From: an uncultured Dehalococcoidia bacterium
GTDB taxonomy: Bacteria; Chloroflexota; Dehalococcoidia; Lucifugimonadales; UBA1123
NCBI GenBank assembly: GCA_958296105.1
Contig: OY282441.1
Coordinates: forward strand, 2,984,773 to 3,048,772
Length of the DNA: 64,000 nucleotides
Direction: 5' to 3'
The notes beneath the pieces are model-generated. The model made no database searches. It was not told where the DNA came from and saw nothing but the letters and a program-made list of their open reading frames with translations. Positions 18,476-28,188 of this stretch are shown piece after piece. Both the position numbers and the translations under genes were made by a program. Positions within the stretch are counted from its first letter, which is position 1. Each line of letters opens with the position of its first letter.

Positions 18476-19672
18476 CTAGTCGTCTGCGGGGACGGCCTCC
18501 GCCTCGCGCACGCGGGACTTGAAGTGAGGCATGACCTCTTTCCCGAACGCTTCCAGCTGCTCCAGCAGCACACTCTGCGGCGTTCCCACCGGAAGACCCA
18601 TGTTGACATGATCTAGGCCGGGCCAGCGGTCTTCGATCTCCTCCATCTTTTCGATTATCTGCTCGGGGCGGCCAACGAGCCACGAACCCGATTCGACAGC
18701 CTGCTCGATGGTTGGCAGGTCGGCGTATGGCGCGCGCGCCGGGTCCCCCAGAGCCGCCATCTGATCGTCGCTGAGACCGCTCACGAATCCGAGCGGCGCG
18801 AACATCTTCATGTTCTCCTCGAAGAAAGGCTTGGCTTGCCGTATGGCCTCCTCCTCGCTGTCTGCGATGAAGAAGGAGATGCCCAGTATCAGGTCGCCCC
18901 CAAGCTCGGTCTCGTTGCCGTGGTCGGCCTGTACGTCCTGCCACTTGCGAACCACCTGCTCGGACGCGCCACCCGGCGCCGCGCCGCCGCCGATGACTCC
19001 CTTGATGCCGTGCTTCGCCATGAAGTTCAGCCCGCGCTCGCTCGCGCTCACTATCGGCTGCCAGCACTCGACGGGCATGTTGAACGGTCTGGGAACCAGC
19101 GAAATCTCCTTGAGCGTGTATCCCCTGTACGGCACTTCGGGCGGGATGGTGTAGTACTTCCCATGATGGGAGAACGACTCGTTGTTGAACGCCTTGAACA
19201 GCACCTCGACCTGTTCTTCGAAGTACTCGCGGTTCTCGTCTTGGCTCATCATGGGAGCGCCGAACGCCTCCACTTCGCGGGTGTGATAGCCCCGACCAAC
19301 CCCGAATACGACCCTGCCGCCCGTCAGGATGTCGGCGGTGGCGTAGTCCTCCGCGAGTCGCAGAGGATGCCACATTGGGGCTATGTTGAACCCGCAGCCG
19401 AACTTGATCTGCTTGGTGAGATGCGCCAGATGTACGCTCAGCTGGAGGATGTTGGGTATGCACTCGTAGCCCTCGGGCTGGAAGTGATGCTCAGCCATCC
19501 AGAATACGTCATATCCGAGGTCGTCCATGAGGACGCACATGGCTTCGGTCTTGTCGAAGACCGTTGCGAGGCGCTCGTTGGAGTAGAAGCGGTCGTTGGC
19601 GGCGGTCGCCGCGAATCCCACGTCGTCTAGGTCTATGTGTCCGGCGAATAGGCTTCCGAATTTGTCGATCAT
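18476..19672 (-). CDS. LLM-class (luciferase-like) flavin-dependent monooxygenase
   Basis: 398 aa. FWMAEHHFQPEGYECIPN...GGRVVFGVGRGYHTREVEAFG is typical of the LLM family. Confidence 0.85.
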   Translation of the reverse strand: MIDKFGSLFAGHIDLDDVGFAATAANDRFYSNERLATVFDKTEAMCVLMDDLGYDVFWMAEHHFQPEGYECIPNILQLSVHLAHLTKQIKFGCGFNIAPMWHPLRLAEDYATADILTGGRVVFGVGRGYHTREVEAFGAPMMSQDENREYFEEQVEVLFKAFNNESFSHHGKYYTIPPEVPYRGYTLKEISLVPRPFNMPVECWQPIVSASERGLNFMAKHGIKGVIGGGAAPGGASEQVVRKWQDVQADHGNETELGGDLILGISFFIADSEEEAIRQAKPFFEENMKMFAPLGFVSGLSDDQMAALGDPARAPYADLPTIEQAVESGSWLVGRPEQIIEKMEEIEDRWPGLDHVNMGLPVGTPQSVLLEQLEAFGKEVMPHFKSRVREAEAVPADD

Positions 19673-19962
19673 GTCACCGTCTCCATTCTGCTGTTGCGCC
19701 TAATTGTAATTGAGAGGACGGCAGTGTCAAGGATTCCGCCAAAAACAGACTGTCAAACACGTAGACGGAACAGGGCGTGTGGATGTGATAATGCTATCAA
19801 GGCTTCGCTGGTGACCTTGGCCTTATCGGTCCCGATTTCGCCTAGGCGAAACAATCGCGGAGGACGGCCCCCCTCGCCGGGTTCGTCCAATACCGAAAGG
19901 CAGCTGCCCCATCACCAGCGAAGCCCCTTCTTTTCTCTCGCGGGCGCGGGTTGGTGGTGGCT

Positions 19963-20562
19963 TCAGACGCTCTGAGACAAGAAGTCGCGCAGCCTTCTGA
20001 AATGCGCGCAGTTTCGGCTGACTCTGGACTCGTCGACCAGTTCGAGCAGCTTCGCGCCGTCACTTACTTTGTCGTATCTGCGTTTTGCGCCGCTTGATCG
20101 CAAGCCCCGCTTGATCGAGTCGGTTAGCCGAGCGGGCGGAATCGACTCGGCGTTTTGAGGGTTGGGCAGCTGCTTGACGTCGAATCTGTGTCCAAAGCGT
20201 TCGATCAGAGCCTGCGGATCGGCTATGAACCACGATTCCATAGCCTGAACCATGAAGTTGAGCTGGCCATCATCGCATGTTGCGTTCGCGTCCCAAAAGT
20301 CGCGTGAGCGAAGAGTCCTTATGAAACCCGCAGTGCTTGGCACAGGCCCTTCGGAGTCTATCAGCAGTATGTTGAGATCGGACGGATGCAGTCGGCATGA
20401 CCTGATAAAGTCCTTGACAGTCTCGACGTTGGACCCGCCAGAGATCAGCTTGAATCCAATCCTCTTCTGGCGCGCCCGCTCCGCATGGGATTTCAGCAAG
20501 GCGTGGAAACCGGGTCTGAGATTGGCGTCCCCCTCGAAATGGATGGTTACTTGGGTTACCAA
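19963..20562 (-). CDS. DUF4276-like protein (possible divergent TOPRIM-type nuclease)
   Basis: 199 aa from a TTG start that overlaps the upstream ATPase stop (CGTTGGTAA). Motifs FEGD, ILLIDSEG and a C-terminal CAHFRRLRDFL. Family assignment is from memory of DUF4276 proteins that pair with AAA ATPases and needs HMM confirmation. Confidence 0.65.
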   Translation of the reverse strand: MVTQVTIHFEGDANLRPGFHALLKSHAERARQKRIGFKLISGGSNVETVKDFIRSCRLHPSDLNILLIDSEGPVPSTAGFIRTLRSRDFWDANATCDDGQLNFMVQAMESWFIADPQALIERFGHRFDVKQLPNPQNAESIPPARLTDSIKRGLRSSGAKRRYDKVSDGAKLLELVDESRVSRNCAHFRRLRDFLSQSV

Positions 20563-21779
20563 CGGTTGCCGCCAATTACTCCCTTCTTCCAAAGCTCGGC
20601 CAGCCGGTAGTCTTCCAGCCACTCGTTTAGCTCATCCTCTGGAAGGCGTTTCAACTGAGTGTCGCCGTCGAAACCCCTTTCACATACCATGATGACGTCA
20701 GGATCGACAGTGAACTGATCGACCAGATCCGGCGAATGTGTGGTTACGATCACTTGAGTACGCTCCGACGCGCCTCTGAGCAGATCTGCCAGCAGCGGCA
20801 TGGCGTTGGGGTGGAGCGCAAGCTCCGGTTCTTCGATGCAGACAAGCTCGGGCGGCTGCGGATGGCACAGAACGGTCAGCAGAGCTATGAACCTCAGCGT
20901 ACCATCGGACAGTCTGGTTGCGGGTATCGAGCTGGACATCCCCGATTCGTTGACTGCCAGCTGTATTGCGCCTCCGAACACGCGCGAGCGCAGACTGTAG
21001 TATGTCTCGTAGAAGCGGTTGAGATACTCGTCCATCGGTTTTTCGAGTCCACGAGTCTGGAGGTCGTTGACCATCAGGGCCAGGTTGCTGAAATCCTCTT
21101 CGAGGAAGCCAATGGGTCCGTCTGTTGCCTGTGGAAGGCGGGCAGGGCTGTTTCGCCCCACGTTCCAATTCCGGTAGAGCCGTATCGAGCCGAATTTGCG
21201 AGAGGTCTGCGTCAGCACGGGAAAGTTGACCGGGTCGCGGATCTCGCTCAGCACCGAGCGCGTGGGGGCGAAGTTTTCGGGGGTCAGCCTTGTGACAATC
21301 TCTCCATCGGAATCTTCGCTCTCGCCGTATGACCTGCGGGGCGAGACTCGACCATATCCGTTCTCCACGCTGAAGTAGTAGAACGGAAGCCGTTGGTAAT
21401 CGTAGTAGGGACGGATGTTCTCGAGCTTTTCCGCGGCGACTTCCATGCGCTCGTTGTTCTCTGCGAGCTGAAGATTGTAGATCAGCCGTCGGTCGGCCTC
21501 TTGCGCGCCTGTTGGATTGTCGAGCGTCGCCGTGACCTCTGCCACTTGGGATACTGCGCCCGGAGCAAGGTCTCCCTTCCACAGCCAGTCGGCGATTGGG
21601 CCATTGCGCCGAAAGAAATCTGCTAGGTCTGCCGGTACTGCCTGAAGCAGCGCGAACGTCTCGATCAGGTTGGACTTGCCGGATGCGTTGGGGCCGATCA
21701 GCACATTGAGAGGGCCAAGTTCTATCTTGACGTCCTTGAATGAGAGCATGTTCTTTATATCGAGCGAATGGAACAGCAT
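20556..21779 (-). CDS. ABC/SMC-type AAA ATPase (AAA_15/AAA_21-like)
   Basis: 407 aa. Walker A GPNASGKSN near the N-terminus, signature-like LSDGTLR, Walker B LVCIEEPELALHP, H-loop VTTHSP. Confidence 0.8.
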   Translation of the reverse strand: MLFHSLDIKNMLSFKDVKIELGPLNVLIGPNASGKSNLIETFALLQAVPADLADFFRRNGPIADWLWKGDLAPGAVSQVAEVTATLDNPTGAQEADRRLIYNLQLAENNERMEVAAEKLENIRPYYDYQRLPFYYFSVENGYGRVSPRRSYGESEDSDGEIVTRLTPENFAPTRSVLSEIRDPVNFPVLTQTSRKFGSIRLYRNWNVGRNSPARLPQATDGPIGFLEEDFSNLALMVNDLQTRGLEKPMDEYLNRFYETYYSLRSRVFGGAIQLAVNESGMSSSIPATRLSDGTLRFIALLTVLCHPQPPELVCIEEPELALHPNAMPLLADLLRGASERTQVIVTTHSPDLVDQFTVDPDVIMVCERGFDGDTQLKRLPEDELNEWLEDYRLAELWKKGVIGGNRW

Positions 21780-21861
21780 TTCATCTCCGCGCGCTTCGAA
21801 CGGTACATCGCTCCAGCGCAGTTACGGTTCGGGCTATTATACATGCTAGAATAGCCCCATA

Positions 21862-23367
21862 TTGAACGCCGCTCACACCCATCTGGCCGACCGTCGCAGG
21901 CGCCGCCTCATACTGCTGACCATAGCGGCAGGCACTTTCGTGTCCGTACTCGACCAGACGGGCGTCACACTTGCCCTCCCCCTGATGACCACCGAGTTCG
22001 GAGCCACCATCCCGTTCGTGCAGTGGGTGGCGCTGGGCTACATGCTGGCAACCGGATCGCTGCTGCTGCCGGCGGGACGGCTGTCCGACATGGTTGGGCG
22101 CAAGGTGGTCTACATGGGCGGCTTCGCGGTGTTCGTAGTCGGCGCGGGGCTGGCGGCGGCGTCTCCGAACCTGATAGCCGTGATCGCCTTCCGAATCGTT
22201 CAGGGCGTGGGCGCGGCGATGATTCAGGCCAACGGAATGGCGATCTTGACCACCACCTTCCCCGCCTCCGAGCGCGGGCGCGTCATTGGCATGTTTATGA
22301 CCATGGTCGGGCTGGGCGCGATCATGGGGCCGGTAGTGGCGGGTCTGGTGGTGGACGTGTTCGGCTGGCGCGCGGTGTTCGCCGCCAGCGCGCCTCTCGG
22401 CATCCTGTCGCTCGTGGCGGCGATGGTCGTGCTGAACAGAGACCCGCCGAGCGTCGGGAGCGCCAGACAGCTCGCCAGCGGGTTCGACTGGGCGGGGGCG
22501 CTCATGTCAGCGGGCGGCTTGGTCTCCTTCCTACTGGTGATGACCACAGCGTACCGTCTGGGGTGGGCTTCCCCCGGCGCGGTCGCGCTTCTGATCCTCA
22601 GCGTGGCGCTGCTGGCGGCGTTCGTCTACTGGGAGAGGCGCGCATCCCATCCCATGCTCGACTTGGATCTGTTCAGCAGGCGCACGTTCGCGCTCGGCTC
22701 CTCTGCCAGCTTCTTCGGCTTTCTGGCGGGGACTTCGGTATTCTCGATGATGCCGTTCTTCCTCCAAGACGTGATCGACCTGTCCCCGCGCAGCGCGGGG
22801 CTGTTCATCGCTCCCGCCGCGCTCGGCTTCGCCTTGGCTGGGCCGATGTCCGGCTTGCTGTCCGACAGGATCGGACCTCGCCGCATCGAGTTCGCGGGGC
22901 TGGGGATGCTCGCCGCGTCGCTGATCATCCTCGGCAGGCTGACCGTAGAGACCGAGCCTTGGATGGTGGCTGGCGCGATGACGATGCAGGGGCTGGGAAT
23001 GGGCATATACTACACTCCCAACACCGCCTCGGTTCTCAGCGTGGTGGAGCAGGCGAGGTACGGCGTGGCAACCGCGTTCCTCAACATGACCAGAAACACC
23101 GCGAACGTGGTGGGGGTGGGCTTGGCGACCACGATAGTCACCGTGACGATGGCGTCCAGAGGCTTCGAGCCGACGCTGGACGCGGTGGCAGACGGCGGCG
23201 CGGGCGTGGAGGTGGCGTTTACACAGGGATTGAGAATCGCGTTCTTGGCGCTGGGCGCGTTCATCGGCGTCTCCATCGTTCTCACCTATCTCAAACCGTC
23301 CGCGCGGGAGGACGTCACTGTCCGCGAACCCGTCGGCGAGGCGGAACCTCAGCCAAGCGGAGATTGA
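21862..23367 (+). CDS. MFS transporter (DHA2/EmrB-QacA-like, 14 TM)
   Basis: 501 aa. LDQTGVTLALP...GRLSDMVGRK motif. TTG start. Confidence 0.85.
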   Translation: MNAAHTHLADRRRRRLILLTIAAGTFVSVLDQTGVTLALPLMTTEFGATIPFVQWVALGYMLATGSLLLPAGRLSDMVGRKVVYMGGFAVFVVGAGLAAASPNLIAVIAFRIVQGVGAAMIQANGMAILTTTFPASERGRVIGMFMTMVGLGAIMGPVVAGLVVDVFGWRAVFAASAPLGILSLVAAMVVLNRDPPSVGSARQLASGFDWAGALMSAGGLVSFLLVMTTAYRLGWASPGAVALLILSVALLAAFVYWERRASHPMLDLDLFSRRTFALGSSASFFGFLAGTSVFSMMPFFLQDVIDLSPRSAGLFIAPAALGFALAGPMSGLLSDRIGPRRIEFAGLGMLAASLIILGRLTVETEPWMVAGAMTMQGLGMGIYYTPNTASVLSVVEQARYGVATAFLNMTRNTANVVGVGLATTIVTVTMASRGFEPTLDAVADGGAGVEVAFTQGLRIAFLALGAFIGVSIVLTYLKPSAREDVTVREPVGEAEPQPSGD

Positions 23368-24884
23368 GCTTGCCTTCCATCAGCATAAGAGCCGTGAGCG
23401 CGATCACGTCCAGCCCCAACTATCACTGGTGGGCGTATGGCGCCGTGGCCGTCGGAATGTTCATCAACGTGATGGACCAGTCCGGCATCAACATCGCCCT
23501 GCCCAAGATCGCAGACGAATTCTCTGCGGACATCCCCACCGTCCAGTGGATATCGCTCGGATACAGCCTAGCCACCAGCGCGATGCTCATGCCTATGGGC
23601 CGCCTCTCGGACATGTTCGGACGCAAGCGCATCTACCTGACCGGCTTCGCGCTGTTCGTTGCGCTGGCGGCGCTCGGCGGCATGTCCCAAAGCATCGGTA
23701 TGCTGGTGGTCGTCAAGATACTTCAGGGGCTGGCGTCCGCCGGCGTTCAGGCAAACAGCATGGCGTTCATCACGGAGGTGTTCCCCGACAGACAGCGCGG
23801 CAAGGCTATGGGCTTGTACATGGCCGTCATCGGCACCGGCGCGATCTCGGGCCCCATAGTCGGCGGTGTTCTGGTATCCGAGCTGGGCTGGCGCTCTATA
23901 TTCTTTGCGGGCATTCCAGTATCCGTGGTGGCGATGGCAGCGTCCGCGCTGGTGCTGAAGGGGAGGTCGGCGCAGCAGCTCGCTCGCGGCAGCGGCTCGT
24001 TCGACTGGGGCGGAGCCGCGCTCTCTTCGGGCGCGCTCGTGGCGTTTCTGCTGGCGATGACCAACGGCTGGAGGCTGGGCTGGACGTCGGGGCCGATCAT
24101 GGCGGGCTTCATCGCCTCGATAGTCCTGCTTGCCGGGTTCGTCTTCTGGGAGATGCGCGCGCGCGAGCCGATGCTCGATCTGTCTCTGTTCCGAAATCGC
24201 GTGTTCTCCATGTCCATCGCCTCTAGGTTCGCCTCGTTCCTGGGCGGATCTGCCATATTCTTCCTCATGCCCTTCTACCTTATACAGGGCTTGGAGTACG
24301 AGGCGAGAGATGCAGCTTGGCTGCTGGTGCCGGGCGCGCTTGGCATGGCGATTCTGGGTCCGCTCAGCGGACGGCTTTCGGACCGTTTCGGCACTCGCTG
24401 GCCCAGCGCGCTGGGAATGGTCTCTTCCACCGCCGCGATGTTCGTCCTAGCCGCGCTCGACACCAGCTCCCCCGCGTGGCACGTCATCATCGGCATGGTA
24501 CTGTCCGGCGTGGGCATGGGTACCTTCAGCTCGCCCAACACCAGCGCCATCATGGGGTCGCTTCCGCGTGACAAGTACGGCGTGGTGTCCGGTTTCGTCA
24601 ACCTCACCCGCACCTCGGCGAACGTATCGGGCGTGGCGATCTCCACCACCATAGTGACCCTCACTATGGCGTCTTTCGGATTCGAGCCGAACCTGTCGGT
24701 GCTGTCGGATGGCGGCGGAGCCGAGGTCAGATCGGCGTTCGTCATCGGCCTCAGCCGCGCGCTCTTGGTATCCGGCTGCCTCATGCTCATCGCCCTCGTG
24801 CTGTCGATAATCAGGCCCGAAGTCGGTTCGGTCGGCGGACGGACGCGCCAGCCCGCGCGGGCTTCGGCAGCTGGGGACGACTAG
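23364..24884 (+). CDS. MFS transporter (DHA2-like), tandem paralog
   Basis: MDQSGINIALP...GRLSDMFGRKR. Start taken as TTG 23364, overlapping the upstream TGA; GTG 23394 is an alternative. The 22023 start in the ORF track is a frame artefact. Confidence 0.8.
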   Translation: MSLPSISIRAVSAITSSPNYHWWAYGAVAVGMFINVMDQSGINIALPKIADEFSADIPTVQWISLGYSLATSAMLMPMGRLSDMFGRKRIYLTGFALFVALAALGGMSQSIGMLVVVKILQGLASAGVQANSMAFITEVFPDRQRGKAMGLYMAVIGTGAISGPIVGGVLVSELGWRSIFFAGIPVSVVAMAASALVLKGRSAQQLARGSGSFDWGGAALSSGALVAFLLAMTNGWRLGWTSGPIMAGFIASIVLLAGFVFWEMRAREPMLDLSLFRNRVFSMSIASRFASFLGGSAIFFLMPFYLIQGLEYEARDAAWLLVPGALGMAILGPLSGRLSDRFGTRWPSALGMVSSTAAMFVLAALDTSSPAWHVIIGMVLSGVGMGTFSSPNTSAIMGSLPRDKYGVVSGFVNLTRTSANVSGVAISTTIVTLTMASFGFEPNLSVLSDGGGAEVRSAFVIGLSRALLVSGCLMLIALVLSIIRPEVGSVGGRTRQPARASAAGDD

Positions 24885-25366
24885 CGCCCAATGCCCCGCT
24901 TGGCGCGGGCGAAGCGGCGCGACAGCTCCTCCGCATCGGCGTTGTCCCACTCCGGAAAAGAGGCGATTATGTCCTCCCCTTCCAGTACGGGGAATATTAT
25001 AGTGGTGTTGGGAGAGTGCCGAAACAGGCTGTTCAGCAGCAGGTATATGCCCACGACGAAGGCGAGCGCGCCGATGAGGAAGATGAGGGCTTCCAGCCTC
25101 CCGTCGATTCCCACGACGAATGGCAGGAAGATGCTGACTGCCAGCACCGCCACCCCCGCTGCGAGCAGCCTCAGCGCAATGCCCTTCTTGCTCTGGTAGC
25201 CGCCGTTGAACTTGTTGGGCGGCCCAATCTCTCTAAGATCGGCGTCATCGAACCCGCCCGCGCTGGAGGAGCCGAAGTTGCCTATCAGCCGCCTGTTGGT
25301 AAGAACCGCCCTCTCGTTCTCGAACAGTATCTCTTCGTCCGGAAGCAGCTGGATTTGGGACTGCAT
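24881..25366 (-). CDS. Hypothetical membrane protein (two central TM helices)
   Basis: 161 aa. Soluble N- and C-terminal parts flank LRLLAAGVAVLAVSIFLPFVV and ALIFLIGALAFVVGIYLLL. No family recognised. Confidence 0.45.
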   Translation of the reverse strand: MQSQIQLLPDEEILFENERAVLTNRRLIGNFGSSSAGGFDDADLREIGPPNKFNGGYQSKKGIALRLLAAGVAVLAVSIFLPFVVGIDGRLEALIFLIGALAFVVGIYLLLNSLFRHSPNTTIIFPVLEGEDIIASFPEWDNADAEELSRRFARAKRGIGR

Positions 25367-25503
25367 CTCTGTTCACCCCTTTGTTTAGCGTCTTCACGGG
25401 CATTATAAGGGTTCGGACGCTGTGGGGTCATTTCCCAAGCCTGCGCCGCTTGAACTCGAATGCCCCCACTGCTAGGATCCGTAGCCTGAGATGGGGGAAG
25501 CGG

Positions 25504-26346
25504 ATGGACGAACCAAGACCAAGAGACGGCTATCTCGAAAACGGCCCCGTCCGCCTCCACTATGTGGAGTGGGGGAGCGCGCGCCGCCCGCCCATGCTGC
25601 TTCTGCACGGAATGCGCGACTGCGCCCGAAGCTGGGATGTCTTCGCGCAGTCGATGGCGTCCGACTTCAGGGTCGTCGCTCTCGACAGCCGCGGACACGG
25701 AGACAGCTCTTGGGCTGGCGTCGGCGGGTACAGGTACGCCGACTACGTATCCGACGTCGAGACGCTGGCAGACCGTCTCGACCTGCGCGAGATGGCGCTG
25801 GCGGGACACTCCGCCGGCGGCAGATACGCATGGAGCTACGCCGTCGAACATCCCGAACGTGTGCGCGCCCTGATCGTGGTCGACATAGACCCAGACCCGT
25901 TCGACCCGCAGACAGCCCGAGATCTCGCGCAGATCGCCAGCGAGCCGGATTCGTGGAACACTCTGGACGCCTTCGCGCGGCGGCTCGGAGCGAGACAGGT
26001 TCACACCAGCGCGGACATGCTGAGGATGCACGCGCGGGCGCTGTCCAAGCCGGCGCAAGGCGGCGGCTTCGTCTGGAAGGCGGACATGAGGACAGTCACG
26101 GAGTACGAGCGCCCCGATCTGTGGGACACGTGGCGGCGCATACCATGCCCCGTGCTGCTGCTGCGCGGAAGGCAGAGCTCGCTGCTGACGCACGAGACGG
26201 CGGTTAGAATGCGCCAAGCCCTTCCCACTTCGCAGGTCCGCCTCGCCGAGCTGGAGGGCGGCGGCCACTGGTTCCACCAAGACTTCCCCGGCGCATTCGA
26301 GACGACCGTCCGCTGGTTTCTCGCAGACCTCCCAGACGGCGGATGA
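25504..26346 (+). CDS. Alpha/beta hydrolase
   Basis: PPMLLLHGMRD..., nucleophile elbow GHSAGG, C-terminal GGHWFH. Confidence 0.8.
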   Translation: MDEPRPRDGYLENGPVRLHYVEWGSARRPPMLLLHGMRDCARSWDVFAQSMASDFRVVALDSRGHGDSSWAGVGGYRYADYVSDVETLADRLDLREMALAGHSAGGRYAWSYAVEHPERVRALIVVDIDPDPFDPQTARDLAQIASEPDSWNTLDAFARRLGARQVHTSADMLRMHARALSKPAQGGGFVWKADMRTVTEYERPDLWDTWRRIPCPVLLLRGRQSSLLTHETAVRMRQALPTSQVRLAELEGGGHWFHQDFPGAFETTVRWFLADLPDGG

Positions 26347-26546
26347 TGGGCGGATGAGACGATAGGCGGATGAGACGATAGGATGATTGCGCCCAAGACG
26401 AGAAAGCCCCCGCCTCGTTCGAGACGGGGGCAGGTATGCCCGACCTCCGGAATGGGGGGAGAAGCGATTGCGTGTACAAACAGGTTGTCGAGAGCCTATA
26501 TGCCGCAGCAGTCCGGAGATTGGGCGCAGTTGTCCATCACGTCGTT

Positions 26547-27830
26547 TCAGGCTGGCTGAAGCTCCCGCCTCGTCACCGGCTGCGCCCTCGTCGAGCGAGC
26601 CACCGCGCCTGAGATCAGCCGCGCCGCGCTCTCCACCGTGAGACGGTCCATGTTGATGCTTATGTCGTAGCGGCTCGCGTCGAGCGCGTCCAACCCGTAC
26701 AGCCCTTTGTGTATGGATTCGAACCGCTTGTCTGCGCTCCTGAGCGTCCGCCGCGCCGCGTCCGCCCCCAGCTTGGTCTCCAGCCGCGCCTTCTGTACGC
26801 GGCTCTCCTGACTCATGTCGATGAAGACGTGGAAGGCCGTCTGTCCGTCTGGAATCAGCCCCACGGCTCCGTGGCCGTGGATGACCGTAATCACGTCCTT
26901 GACAGACGCGGCTACCACGTCCTTCAGCCCCTCGATGTACTGCTCTTTGGTCAGGTAATCGAACGGCTCGATATAATCCACCCTCGTAAAGGTTCCCACG
27001 AGGTCGGCAGAGGCGTCCATCGCCCCGTACCGCTCCCACGGCTCCAGCGCCGCGCGCAGCATCCTTGCCCAGATCGAAGCGTAGCTGGCTTCCAGCGCCT
27101 CCAGCTCTCCCTCCGTGCGCTGAAGGCGGATCGCCAGCTCTTTCGTGATCTGCTCGTCTGCGAAGTTGGCTCTCATCAGCCTTGCGCTCTCGGCTGCCAC
27201 ATGCTCCGAGCCGCTCCCCGGCGCGCCCGTAACCGTCACGATTGGAAAGACACACTCTCCCGCCGATTCGGGCGGCAGCTTTCGATGTCGGTAGTCCGAC
27301 TCCGCCAGCGCCATGATCACGGCTCGCAGCGCGCCGCCGTCCGTCGCAGAGCAGAGAATTCGGTCGCTGACTGCCGTGAAGCCGAGCCTGCTGAACAGGC
27401 GCAGCGCCGCCACGTTGTCCTGCGGCACGCTCACCCACGCCTGATCCACCGGGTAGTCGTAGAATATACGGTCGAGCAGCTGAAGCGCCGCCGCCGCCCC
27501 GTATCCCCGATGCCAAAGCTCCTTTCGACCGATCAGAAGCGATATCTCCACGCCGCCCCTGCCGTCGAAGACCGCTTGACACTCGCCGATATGCCCCTCG
27601 TCCGCCGCGTGGATCGAGAAGATCAGTCTGCTCCGGTCCCTGTCGAACACCCTGACCCAGTCTTCGGTCGAGGCGTTGAGCATCAGGATAGGCTCGTAGC
27701 CCCGATGGACGGGGTCGCCGCAGGAGTAATGCCCGAACCAGCGCGACGAAACCTCCTCGTCCATCAGCCATTCGGATATTCGATGTACGTCGTCTCTCGT
27801 GACGTGTCTTAATTGAACCAACGGAAGCAT
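26547..27830 (-). CDS. GNAT N-acetyltransferase fused to a cytidylate-kinase-like (PF13189-like) domain
   Basis: The N-terminal ~170 aa carry a GNAT core (IGRKELWHRGYGAAA, NVAALRLFSRLGF). The C-terminal half starts VTVTGAPGSGSEHVA and resembles the cytidylate kinase-like family. Start at ATG 27830; the upstream part of the 511-aa ORF was rejected. Confidence 0.6.
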   Translation of the reverse strand: MLPLVQLRHVTRDDVHRISEWLMDEEVSSRWFGHYSCGDPVHRGYEPILMLNASTEDWVRVFDRDRSRLIFSIHAADEGHIGECQAVFDGRGGVEISLLIGRKELWHRGYGAAAALQLLDRIFYDYPVDQAWVSVPQDNVAALRLFSRLGFTAVSDRILCSATDGGALRAVIMALAESDYRHRKLPPESAGECVFPIVTVTGAPGSGSEHVAAESARLMRANFADEQITKELAIRLQRTEGELEALEASYASIWARMLRAALEPWERYGAMDASADLVGTFTRVDYIEPFDYLTKEQYIEGLKDVVAASVKDVITVIHGHGAVGLIPDGQTAFHVFIDMSQESRVQKARLETKLGADAARRTLRSADKRFESIHKGLYGLDALDASRYDISINMDRLTVESAARLISGAVARSTRAQPVTRRELQPA

Positions 27831-28188
27831 AACCAACCCCTTTCGAAGCCCCGAGCGCCTCGCCCTGTTCGGGTCAGAGACGGCGGGGCGGATGAGCGCG
27901 AATAGCAAACCCCTTTCGCAGCCCCGAGCCCCTCGCCCCGGCGTCTCTCGTTCCTCGTATCGGGGGTGCTTATGACACCCAAAATATCCCCAGAGAGAAT
28001 GATATAAATTGCACTGTGCAATACTGCGCTTATATTGAGAATAGGGGCGATGTGCCTGTCTGTCAACGCCAATATCGCGCATCCGCAGAATTGGCGAGTG
28101 GCGCGCAAGCGGAACGGGCCACCGCCGAATGCGATGGCCCCCCTGACTGGGCTTAGGATTGGAGGCTTAGGATTGGAGCGTAAAGCCC

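Noticed and set aside
19836-19851. Perfect 16-bp palindrome TTTCGCCTAGGCGAAA in the intergenic region upstream of the 18476-19672 LLM oxidoreductase start and downstream of the DUF4276-like gene's 3' end.
   Set aside because: It could be an operator or a small hairpin. It is a single occurrence with no U-tract or recognisable promoter context, too little to call a feature.
22023-23363. N-terminal ~450 codons of the 953-aa ORF 22023..24884.
   Set aside because: This part is out of frame with, and fully overlaps, the first MFS gene. Only the part from ~23364 (the second MFS transporter) looks like protein.
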